A stretch of 64,000 nt of DNA, taken from sequence record OP310984.1, one strand, 5' to 3'. The notes under the pieces were generated by a model, which saw only the letters and a list, made by a program, of their open reading frames with translations, was not told the origin of the DNA and ran no database searches. A program made the position numbers and the translations under genes. This document shows positions 1-8,266 of the stretch, piece by piece. How positions within the stretch are numbered: the first letter of the stretch is position 1; every line of letters begins with the position of its first letter.

Positions 1-123
1 ACCATTCCCGCAAGTAATATATCTCTTAGTGAATACGGCTACCGATCTGGCTTCACGTTCATCTCATTCGACTTGTGATAAACATTCCGGGTTACGTCGA
101 ATAATTTCACGAATATTAGACAT
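1..123 (-). pseudogene. 5' part of a small ORF interrupted by an in-frame TGA at codon 20; runs off the window
   Basis: Early-promoter motif at 155-177, SD GGGGA, ATG at 123. Reads MSNIREIIRRNPECLSQVE*DEREARSVAVFTKRYITCGNG; TGA at 64-66 and open afterwards. Confidence 0.5.
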
Positions 124-154
124 TGGGTATTCCCCTTATCACTATTGCATCTTA

Positions 155-177
155 GTGATATAAATCTGAAATTAAAT
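155..177 (-). promoter_or_regulatory. phiKZ-type early (virion RNAP) promoter
   Basis: Minus strand ATTTAATTTCAGATTTATATCAC matches the TATATTAC-type early motif repeated at 12 sites in the window. Confidence 0.6.
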
Positions 178-227
178 CCAGTGGAACTTTACATCCATGG
201 TTAGTCGCCGCCATAACAGGAAATAAA

Positions 228-254
228 GCCCCCTACTACATAAATAGTAGGGGT
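228..254. terminator. stem-loop terminator after RNAP subunit exon 2
   Basis: CCCCTACTA / TAGTAGGGG inverted repeat just past the stop at 265. Confidence 0.6.
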
Positions 255-264
255 AAGTTTATTA

Positions 265-483
265 TTACGACTTCAACCATTCTTCTAATGGCGGTAAATA
301 CTTCTCATGCGCCCAGTTAATAATTGTTTCTACAACAGGACCCTGTAATTCAAGGTTACCTGAGATTTCATGTGGTTCATCAATAGATAGAACCCATGTA
401 TGTGGAGCAATGCGTTCAGTTGCTTTGGTTAAATACACATCAGGCATTAACGTTAAATTCAATTGATCGCCGTCAAAATCCGC
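265..483 (-). CDS. non-virion RNA polymerase beta-prime N-terminal subunit, exon 2 (phiKZ gp56.1-like)
   Basis: Reading from 483 gives ADFDGDQLNLTLMPD..., which completes the catalytic NADFDGD motif with exon 1 (KAPN). Spliced product is 487 aa. Confidence 0.92.
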   Translation of the reverse strand, partial: ADFDGDQLNLTLMPDVYLTKATERIAPHTWVLSIDEPHEISGNLELQGPVVETIINWAHEKYLPPLEEWLKS

Positions 484-1872
484 CGTTATGTTCAGTATGG
501 GTCGTTAATCCATACCCGGTAGTATAATTACCACATGATAATTACCACCTGCTGCATGTCGCCATGCAGACCAGACTATATCTTCACCCTTCCTTTCGGA
601 GTAGGGTGTCTCCCATTTCGAGTCACTTGACTCTACATCCTATTTCTAGGACCGGCGCACCTGATACCGTAATAGTCGTTGAACCTTCTCCTATTCCTAA
701 ATGGAATGTTACGGAGCTTGGCTGCTGATTGTCCCTACCTAATCTTTTTCAAACCTTGGCTTTGTCTTTCGACTCGCAGTGGTAGATTAGTTTAACAGGA
801 TATCCCAGCAATTAGAGAGAACTCATCCCAATGATTACTCATTGGGGGAACTAGACTTGATTAACTTAATAAGGTATTTATCAAGCACCCCATTCTTTTC
901 AAAGATTGCTCTTCGAATAGTATTCGGATGCTTAATACCGACATCTCTTGCAAAGTGTGGAATACTTGGATACACTTTGGTAGTGTTCAAGATGGTGTCA
1001 GTTACTTCAATTGGAGTGCCTTTTCCATTACTAGGTTTTCCAAATGAGGCTTCAATTTCTTTCTGAGTATATTTAGGGAAATCTTCAGGATTAGCAGTAT
1101 ATGAGAATACCAGACCATCCATGATTTCCTTACTACCTCTAACTAGATGGTAATAGGCTTTATTACGTTTAGTACCTAGTGCAAGTTCCATTTCTGCTAA
1201 GTTATGAAACACATGTAATGTCTTAGTCTTATAGTCTAAAACATAAACTGTCTTGGTACTTTCACGATCAGCAATCTTAGTCTCACCGGTAATAAATTCA
1301 AATGTGAATCTATTTCTATACGGCTTAGTCTTATGGTCACGTATAATAACCCAAACCGTATTTTTATTAACTCCTAATACCCGAGCAAGTTCATTCATCG
1401 AGTAATAAGTAGTCTTTTCACCAGTGGTAACATCAGTTGCAATTACCCGTCTATTTTCTTTTCTTAATCCATTTTTGTAAGCATGCTCAATGTTTTCACC
1501 ACGAGTCATCCATTCCAAATTGGATGGTAAGTTATTATGTTTGTTGCCGTCTTTATGATTGACTTCATATGTTGGTCCAGGAGATGGACCATGGAATGCA
1601 GTACAAACTAGAATATGCGCTCCCTTACTTTTTGATGTCTTTTCATCATTTTTTGCACCTATATTGAGATATGTCCCAATTGATGTTTTAGTAAGGAAGA
1701 AATTACATATTCTATTTAACCGCTTATGACGAATCGTTCCTAAGTTACTAGCCTCTTAAGCTGAGTATCCAGGAATATCTCGCCATTCAATTTTAAATGA
1801 AGCCGGATCAAAGACGGACACTACTCCGTTTTGTTCCATTGTCTTTTACCTTATTTGGTTATTCAATTGTCC
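484..1872 (-). mobile_element. group I self-splicing intron (1389 nt) with endonuclease ORF in the P1 loop
   Basis: 5' splice site after U (AAT at 1875-1873), terminal G at 484. Core elements: P AATTGCTGGGATATCC (~798-813), Q AATCAGCAGCC (~720-730), R GTTCAACGACTA (673-684), S AAGATATAGTCT (573-584). Confidence 0.93.
835..1839 (-). pseudogene. NUMOD4-HNH homing endonuclease with a premature TAA at codon 28
   Basis: ATG 1839 with SD AAGGT; WRDIPGYSA*EASNLGTIR (NUMOD4-like); HILVCTAFHG...EVNHKDGNKHNN..NLEW (HNH); then repeated NUMOD1-like modules. TAA at 1756-1758. Would be 334 aa if intact. Confidence 0.85.
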
Positions 1873-3117
1873 ATTAGGCGCTTTAAGGCATAAAACTGAC
1901 ATGCTGATAGAATTATCATTAATGTCATCTTTTACTTTAGTAATAAAGAACTGCTGCGTAGATCCACGTTGAAGCGTTGGATTTCGGTGAAAAGTACAAC
2001 CCATCCCTTTATAAGGGGCTGCTTCTGCAATTAGCTCTTTAAATAGATCTGCAATGATTTGGTTATATTGAAGTACATTCTCATATACAAATGAGAATGC
2101 TTCACGAGTTGTCATGTTAAACTTTGCTTTTAGTTTATTGGTTAGATGATACTTTAATAATTGACAACCTACCCCCCAAGGGATATGTAGTTCATCATAA
2201 TCATGCGGGTCACTAATAGAAGTGATTACTGCACGTGCCGTAGCGTTGAGACGAGCACCAAACATGTGACGCCGAGCAAGACCAGGCTTTTGAGCAATTC
2301 GTGATTTTGCGTAGATCTCGTAGAACTGGCCATATAGTCTTAGTCCTCGCATAGTCCTATTCTGAGCTTTAATTGGACTAAGTGGTACAGATGATGCATC
2401 AATACTAGCGAAGGTTAAGGTAGCATCAATTGCTGCTTCAATTGGTTTATCTAAGTAAGTACCAGATGTGGTTGATTCTGCTACGAAACAGAGTTTAGAA
2501 GGAACTGGTAAATATTTAGGGAATAACTTATCTTTATTCTGAGCAACGAATTGAGCGAATTCGGATTTATTATTAGAGATAATATTTGCATCTAGTAGGA
2601 ATTGGAAGATCTCATTGAAATTATCAATGAAGTGATTTAATCCTCTTTCAAATCCTCGATGCAGTAGCCTATCTACTTTCCTGCGTGTTTCCTTAGAACC
2701 AATAGATTCTACATCGTATCGATAAGAAGTATCAGTTAGATATGCTAAGAAATCGAATTCTTTAGTTACTAGATATCCGGTTAGCATAATGATTAAACGT
2801 GGGTTAATTAGGCTACGTACATGTTTTGGTGTACGAACCCACATTGATGGTTCGATAGGACGGCTAGAAGTATTGACAACTGGAGTATTACAAATATCAC
2901 AGATTACTCCGAGTTTATGTGCGTCTTCGATTGCTCGACAATCACAGCTTACACTACTTTCAATTGCTTCTGAATCTTGGAAATGAGAATAGAAATGCCT
3001 ATCAAATTCTTCTTTCTCATCTGAGTTACTCGTATTGTAATCATTGGCATAAATTCGTTTACCCGTAAATTGATCATGAACTTCATTATGATCAACAACT
3101 TTGGCATAAAGACCCAT
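1873..3117 (-). CDS. non-virion RNA polymerase beta-prime N-terminal subunit, exon 1 (phiKZ gp55-like)
   Basis: Zn-binding CDC...CDIC, conserved beta-prime motifs KPGLARRHMFGARL and FHRNPTLQRGS; ends KAPN at the splice site. Confidence 0.92.
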
Positions 3118-3142
3118 ACCAAACTCCTATTTATCGATTAAC

Positions 3143-3511
3143 AAAAAAAGGAGATATAAGCGGCCCCCGAAGGAGCCGCTATATCAGTTTTTACAATGGA
3201 CCACCAACGGAGCCTGGCCCGATCCTAGCGTCATCTACAAAGCTTAACCTCCGCTCTTCTCTGTAGCATACCGGCACTAGTATCATTTACCATCCATTGT
3301 AGTTTTTGATCACACGTCACCTTTTGAGTAACTCCTTTCGGTTAAGTGATCTATCATCCTCGTGTAGTGATAGGTCGACCTAGACTAAGTCCACTAGTCG
3401 ATTACTTCACGGAACCTACTCCTAACCGTTATCACCGAAGTGAACCAGGGTCGCAGTATTAGAATCGGGATGTTACTTATTTAACATCCCTATCTACCGA
3501 GGTATTTCCTA
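3143..3511 (-). ncRNA. candidate structured RNA or long 3' UTR downstream of chimallin
   Basis: No ORF of 60 aa or more; at least 7 stems, including UUCG and GAAA tetraloops and a 9-bp long-range closing stem (3192-3200/3294-3302). Ends in a UUCG terminator. Confidence 0.5.
3155..3184 (-). terminator. intrinsic terminator ending the chimallin transcript
   Basis: GCGGCTCC-TTCG-GGGGCCGC followed by TTATATCTCCTTTTTTT on the minus strand. Confidence 0.75.
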
Positions 3512-5392
3512 TTAGTACCAGGTACCCGGTGCATTATAGGAAGGAGCGCCGTAAGTTTGACCCATGCTGCCAGCCATACCAACTTGTGCACTACCAGAAA
3601 CAGCCATGTTACCCATACCGGTGTAACCAGCGAAGCGCTGTTGACCGAAGTTGGTAATTAGGTTTTCCATGGTTACAGTTACACCAGCGGCTGCTGCTGC
3701 GGCATCCATTGCGGTGATGAATTTCGGGTTAAAGGTTAGACGACGAGCACGACCAGTATAGGTAACGTTACCTAGGTACATCTTGTCGAAGCCTTTACTG
3801 TTATTCATACGACGCACAATGTGGTCATTACCTACCTGAGTAGCATACCAGGTCTTCCACTCTTGGTCATTACCTTCAGACATGTTCATGGCACCTAGAA
3901 CGTCAAGATCACGACGGTCGCTTAGTTCGCCATGCTCATCAGTGTAGTGACCGAGGTCTACTTCATGATGGTTGTCAAAGATAATCGGACCAGCTTCAGC
4001 TAGGTTATAGAACTGACGGAAATCAGTGCCGTATAGGTTAGTTAGAGCTTGGAAGATCAGGCTAACTGCACGAGCTTGGTTTACGCCACCAGCTGCATCT
4101 AGGATGACTTGCTCAATAGCTGAGTTGTCGCCCATTGGATCGATATCGATCTGGAATGCAGGGTTCTGGTTAACCATCTTGTTCATTAGCATTACGAAGT
4201 TGCTGTCGTCTGCCATGAATGCTTCGGTGCGAGTTTCAATCGCTTTACCTAGCTCTGAGTAATAACCAAGTGCACCAATATCACGCATCTTACTAGTAGC
4301 GATCTTCGGCATTAGAGTACGAGCCCATGCCTGAGATGCAGTTGCACGATACGCGTTACCAAGCGCGAACAGCCACATTTCTAGAGTCCATGCTTGGATC
4401 CAGGATGCCTTACGAACGTCAGTAATAACGATGTAAGGAGTGAACTGCGGAGGTAGAACTGCACCAGGTAGAGTTACGCCAAACATGCCTTGTTGCTGGC
4501 CAGTGGTCGGAGTCCAATGTAGATCTACGAATAGACTAACTTGGTTTAGCTGGCTATCGGTATCATAGAACTCGTTCTCAGGTACGTTGGTTTTCTTACC
4601 ACGGCTAGTGGAGATGACCAGGTCAGAACGGATCGGATTACCACAGCTATCTTTAACCGGAATACCATTGTAGTCTAGATTGCAGGTAAGCTGTTCGTTT
4701 TCTGCTTTGATGTGGGTCGCAATAGAGAACGGAGTCTCATTGTTACGACGCGCAATAGCATCTTCACAGATATTAACGGATTCAACTAGTAGGTTCTTAA
4801 CAGCTAGTTCATCTTTGAAGTCGAAGTCAGCATACACTGCACGTGGACCGGCAGATAGTACTTCTAGACCAGGGATGTTGTAACGGTTCCGTAGGAACTC
4901 GCCGATCTTGCTCCAGTATTGAGCAGTGAATACATCACGCGGTAGTACCTTCTCTTCAATGATGTCATCAGTTAGACCATTGTTGATTTTGTGGGTACGG
5001 GGACGGATGCGAGTACCAGGTAGGTTATCGAGTACTAGAGTACGAACGAATGCCTTCATGGAACCATTGATATCTTTAGCTAGTTTAACAATGAGTAGAC
5101 CAGCCATACCAACTTGTTGCGCATCACGATCGAAACGATGGATATCGAAGTCATCAGGTAGGTCCTGATGGCGGATTGCTTCTTCTTTTACTTTAGTGAA
5201 TACTTGTAGGGCATCTGCTGAACGAGCATCAGAGCCATCTAGCCGACCAGAGCGACGCATTAGATGGTTAATGCCAGTAGTAGACCCAGGCGCGCCAGTA
5301 GGACGTTGAGCTTGACGCTGTGCAGTGGGTTGCGGAGCCGGAGCGGTAGCTTGAGTTTGAACGGTGCCGATTTCGTTTTCGTTAACAGCCAT
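3512..5392 (-). CDS. chmA: chimallin, major phage nucleus shell protein (phiKZ gp54-like)
   Basis: 626 aa with low-complexity N- and C-terminal tails, directly upstream of the nvRNAP beta-prime gene as in nucleus-forming phages; GC-richer composition than neighbours. Confidence 0.88.
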   Translation of the reverse strand: MAVNENEIGTVQTQATAPAPQPTAQRQAQRPTGAPGSTTGINHLMRRSGRLDGSDARSADALQVFTKVKEEAIRHQDLPDDFDIHRFDRDAQQVGMAGLLIVKLAKDINGSMKAFVRTLVLDNLPGTRIRPRTHKINNGLTDDIIEEKVLPRDVFTAQYWSKIGEFLRNRYNIPGLEVLSAGPRAVYADFDFKDELAVKNLLVESVNICEDAIARRNNETPFSIATHIKAENEQLTCNLDYNGIPVKDSCGNPIRSDLVISTSRGKKTNVPENEFYDTDSQLNQVSLFVDLHWTPTTGQQQGMFGVTLPGAVLPPQFTPYIVITDVRKASWIQAWTLEMWLFALGNAYRATASQAWARTLMPKIATSKMRDIGALGYYSELGKAIETRTEAFMADDSNFVMLMNKMVNQNPAFQIDIDPMGDNSAIEQVILDAAGGVNQARAVSLIFQALTNLYGTDFRQFYNLAEAGPIIFDNHHEVDLGHYTDEHGELSDRRDLDVLGAMNMSEGNDQEWKTWYATQVGNDHIVRRMNNSKGFDKMYLGNVTYTGRARRLTFNPKFITAMDAAAAAAGVTVTMENLITNFGQQRFAGYTGMGNMAVSGSAQVGMAGSMGQTYGAPSYNAPGTWY

Positions 5393-5464
5393 TTTAAATA
5401 CCTTTACGATTATGGTTTCTTGATCAAGAAGAACCTAAGTACTTAGTATACTAGATTCAATTTA

Positions 5465-5488
5465 GTAATATAAATCTCAAATTTTTTT
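5465..5488 (-). promoter_or_regulatory. early promoter of chmA
   Basis: Minus strand AAAAAAATTTGAGATTTATATTAC, a perfect TATATTAC motif. Confidence 0.75.
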
Positions 5489-5545
5489 CATTACAACATA
5501 GACGCTATAATCTGCTATCAGCAGATCGTAACGAACACTATGTTC

Positions 5546-5580
5546 ACTACATATTATTACAATCTGAGTATTATTTATTT
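5546..5580 (-). promoter_or_regulatory. second (middle-type) promoter of chmA; 35 bp identical to 61774-61808
   Basis: AAATAAATAATACTCAGATTGTAATAATATGTAGT, with the TAC-N15-ATGT architecture seen at 7 sites. Confidence 0.6.
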
Positions 5581-5703
5581 TTCATCTTACAATTTCCATA
5601 TCTTCTTTTTTGAGTTTATGGGTATAAAGTTTGAATCCAGAAACTAATTTACGTCAGTCCTGTATTAAATAATAACTATCAGTATTTTTATAAAATGCAG
5701 TTA

Positions 5704-6069
5704 TCATTTACTTCGCATATACTTACGAACTGTTCCAAAAAGAGAATGGTACAGTTTGTATAGTTTACTAACTGGATCAACTTTATTATTATCAGTTGTA
5801 TCAAATTTAGCAATAAATGGTGAATGTGCCGAAGCAGATGTTTCATTTACTTTAACTACACTACCAAATCGATATGCGACTAATACCTTTATTAATTCCT
5901 CATGGAGTTTAGTAGCAGTTGCTAATGGATTGGGATCATTAGGATCTATCTTAATCCTACGCTCGACATTGAAAAAGTTTACTACAATTTCTTTGCTAGT
6001 CATGTATACAGTAAGATCTTTGTTATTACCTAAATATAGTGGCGGATCTTCAACATTATTTTTAGCCAT
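5704..6069 (-). CDS. hypothetical protein (gp53-like position)
   Basis: 121-aa ORF preceded by an early-type motif at 6112-6135. Confidence 0.7.
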   Translation of the reverse strand: MAKNNVEDPPLYLGNNKDLTVYMTSKEIVVNFFNVERRIKIDPNDPNPLATATKLHEELIKVLVAYRFGSVVKVNETSASAHSPFIAKFDTTDNNKVDPVSKLYKLYHSLFGTVRKYMRSK

Positions 6070-6150
6070 TGTATATTCCTATTTGTAATTACTACTGTTG
6101 TTACCAAACTATGATATAGATCTCAATTAATTTTTAATCGGATAATAACC

Positions 6151-7242
6151 ATGTATAGTTTATTTAAGAATGCTCCGTCACGTAAATTGGGGCAGGTGGT
6201 TGATCCTAACATCCATTATATCCGACGAATCTACGCTGAGCAAATTAGGGACGTTAAAAGTTATTATAGACGGGCACCGAAGTATGTTGAATCTAAAAAC
6301 ATATTAGCACAAATGATTCGACATTTTAACGTAGAGTTACTAAGTGATGATGCTACTTTTATAAAGAACGTGGACGATCGTTCACGTGCTATTATTCGTT
6401 CATTTGGTATTACATCATCTTTAAATAAAGGTAAGGTTCATGTAGGTGGTGTTACACTTGGTCCTCAAACTGAAGAGGTTCTAGTATCCACATCAGAGAG
6501 CTTTGATCTAAAAGATCTAAATAAAACATGGTATAAACTTTCCCCTGTTACGTATCTGTATCATACACGTACTGATACTAATTTACCTATCATGAACAAT
6601 ACCACACAGGGTAGAGGCTATGGTGTAACTCTAGTAAATATACCAATGCTTCTTGTGATGTACCGTTACTGGTATCGATGGCAAGTTGAGAAGAATCCTG
6701 ATGAAGTAGAAGACACTTATAGGTTTATAGGATCATTTGTATTGTCAAATATGGTTGACTCTTATTTAGATATTTCTTTCTTTAATAGGTTAGCAAGGAA
6801 TGCTTTAGATATTAAAAATCCAACATTCCCTATACCGCATCCATTTTACATCACTGATATGAATCCACGTATTGATAAACTATGTACAACTATCAATAGA
6901 GAATCCATATTAAAAGGTGTAGACATGGAAGGTTTATCATGGATAACACCAGCTATCGTACAATCTAATTTGTTCGATATGATGCGGCTCCCACGAGAAC
7001 CTATTAACAGGAATAATGAATGGGCTTATGTATTGGCTCGCACACCCTTCATTAAGTATCTTGTAGGGCAGCTTTTAAAGAATACTGGTTATGATCAATC
7101 TTCTGTTAACACTGTATTAATTGATCTTATAGAAGCATCTAATGATCAAGCATTTAAGCAACAAGCAAATAGTGAGTTTGTAAAAGCTCAACAGGCACAA
7201 GTTGATTGGATGATAGATGCACTTAAAAGAAAAGAAATGTGA
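6151..7242 (+). CDS. conserved phiKZ-like protein (gp52-like position)
   Basis: 363-aa ORF followed by a hairpin at 7243-7277. Confidence 0.75.
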   Translation: MYSLFKNAPSRKLGQVVDPNIHYIRRIYAEQIRDVKSYYRRAPKYVESKNILAQMIRHFNVELLSDDATFIKNVDDRSRAIIRSFGITSSLNKGKVHVGGVTLGPQTEEVLVSTSESFDLKDLNKTWYKLSPVTYLYHTRTDTNLPIMNNTTQGRGYGVTLVNIPMLLVMYRYWYRWQVEKNPDEVEDTYRFIGSFVLSNMVDSYLDISFFNRLARNALDIKNPTFPIPHPFYITDMNPRIDKLCTTINRESILKGVDMEGLSWITPAIVQSNLFDMMRLPREPINRNNEWAYVLARTPFIKYLVGQLLKNTGYDQSSVNTVLIDLIEASNDQAFKQQANSEFVKAQQAQVDWMIDALKRKEM

Positions 7243-7277
7243 CATAAACCCCCTCCTAAATTGGAGGGGGTTATATG
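7243..7277. terminator. bidirectional hairpin between convergent genes
   Basis: CATAAACCCCCTCC-TAAATT-GGAGGGGGTTATATG. Confidence 0.7.
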
Positions 7278-7285
7278 CCGTTTTA

Positions 7286-8008
7286 TTAGAAATTACCTTT
7301 CTTCATTTTAGAAAGTAATTTTCTACGTTCAGCTCGGTTAATTCCTGGGATAGCTGGTAATAGCATTTTATTACTAAACTTACCTGGCTTGCGGTCATGA
7401 TTTAGTAATTGATCAACTACAGCTTGGTCACTGCTTTTAACTCCATTATCCATTTCATCTAATGGGTCCATAATAGCTTTAGCAGTCAATCTTAGATGAG
7501 TAACTAGTTCATCAAATGAACTATCGGTATTAATAAGTTGTTTATCAACACCTTCTTTAAGAGCTTGTTTAATAGTTACGTCTTTTACCAGGATATTATC
7601 ACATTCCCAAAGAGTTGTATGATGGGTATTTAACATTAATTCAAGTGAGACATTATTGTAATCGTTGTCAGCACTTGAGTGCCAATTGAATTCATCAATA
7701 TAGTCATTTAGACTCATTAACTTTGGTGGTTCGTTACTAGAGGTAATTAAACCAATTGGTTGAACATCATCTAGTGAACTTTTATCACTAGTAATTGCAG
7801 TTGTTTCAGTAGTAACATCAACTTCTTTTAATTCGTTGGTATAAGTTACATATACTAATTCTTCACTACCGTCATCCAAAAGAACATAGGCTGTTGCTTT
7901 GGTGGAATCATCAGGTGCTAATCCATGGATCCTAATACGATTATCATTTACTAATTTACTATAATCATTCCAGGTAATTACGCGGACTTCTTTATTCTCT
8001 TTCATCAT
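7286..8008 (-). CDS. hypothetical protein
   Basis: 240-aa ORF with a basic C-terminal NRAERRKLLSKMKK tail. Confidence 0.75.
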   Translation of the reverse strand: MMKENKEVRVITWNDYSKLVNDNRIRIHGLAPDDSTKATAYVLLDDGSEELVYVTYTNELKEVDVTTETTAITSDKSSLDDVQPIGLITSSNEPPKLMSLNDYIDEFNWHSSADNDYNNVSLELMLNTHHTTLWECDNILVKDVTIKQALKEGVDKQLINTDSSFDELVTHLRLTAKAIMDPLDEMDNGVKSSDQAVVDQLLNHDRKPGKFSNKMLLPAIPGINRAERRKLLSKMKKGNF

Positions 8009-8168
8009 TAGTTACCTCTTTTAATTTGTCTTTAATATAACTTCGGATAAATGCTCGTTTTTCTTCACGAGTTAACCCAGGTGGAGCGGTTGGTAATGTG
8101 ATAGTACCACTGTTAATTGCCTTCTTCATCCGATCTAAGTCAAAATTAAATTCGGTATGATTTGTCAT
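7992..8168 (-). CDS. small hypothetical phage protein (58 aa)
   Basis: Likely start ATG 8168 (MTNHTEFNFDLDRMKKA...), behind an early-like motif at 8205-8230. Confidence 0.6.
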   Translation of the reverse strand: MTNHTEFNFDLDRMKKAINSGTITLPTAPPGLTREEKRAFIRSYIKDKLKEVTNDERE

Positions 8169-8266
8169 TATATTGAACCATATTAAGTTAGTAATTGGCA
8201 ATCAGACTATATAAATCTTAATTATTTTTTAGTATATAAGCCTCCCACTAGGGGAGGCTATATTTC

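Noticed and set aside
835-1518. 227-aa ORF as an intact endonuclease
   Set aside because: It starts after the HNH catalytic core; it is the 3' part of the interrupted gene.
1846-3117. 423-aa ORF as a complete RNA polymerase subunit
   Set aside because: It lacks the DFDGD catalytic residues; the last 8 codons are intron sequence.
3143-3511. tmRNA, RNase P or tRNA identity for the chimallin trailer
   Set aside because: No acceptor-like ends, T-loop, tag ORF or RNase P signature sequence is visible.
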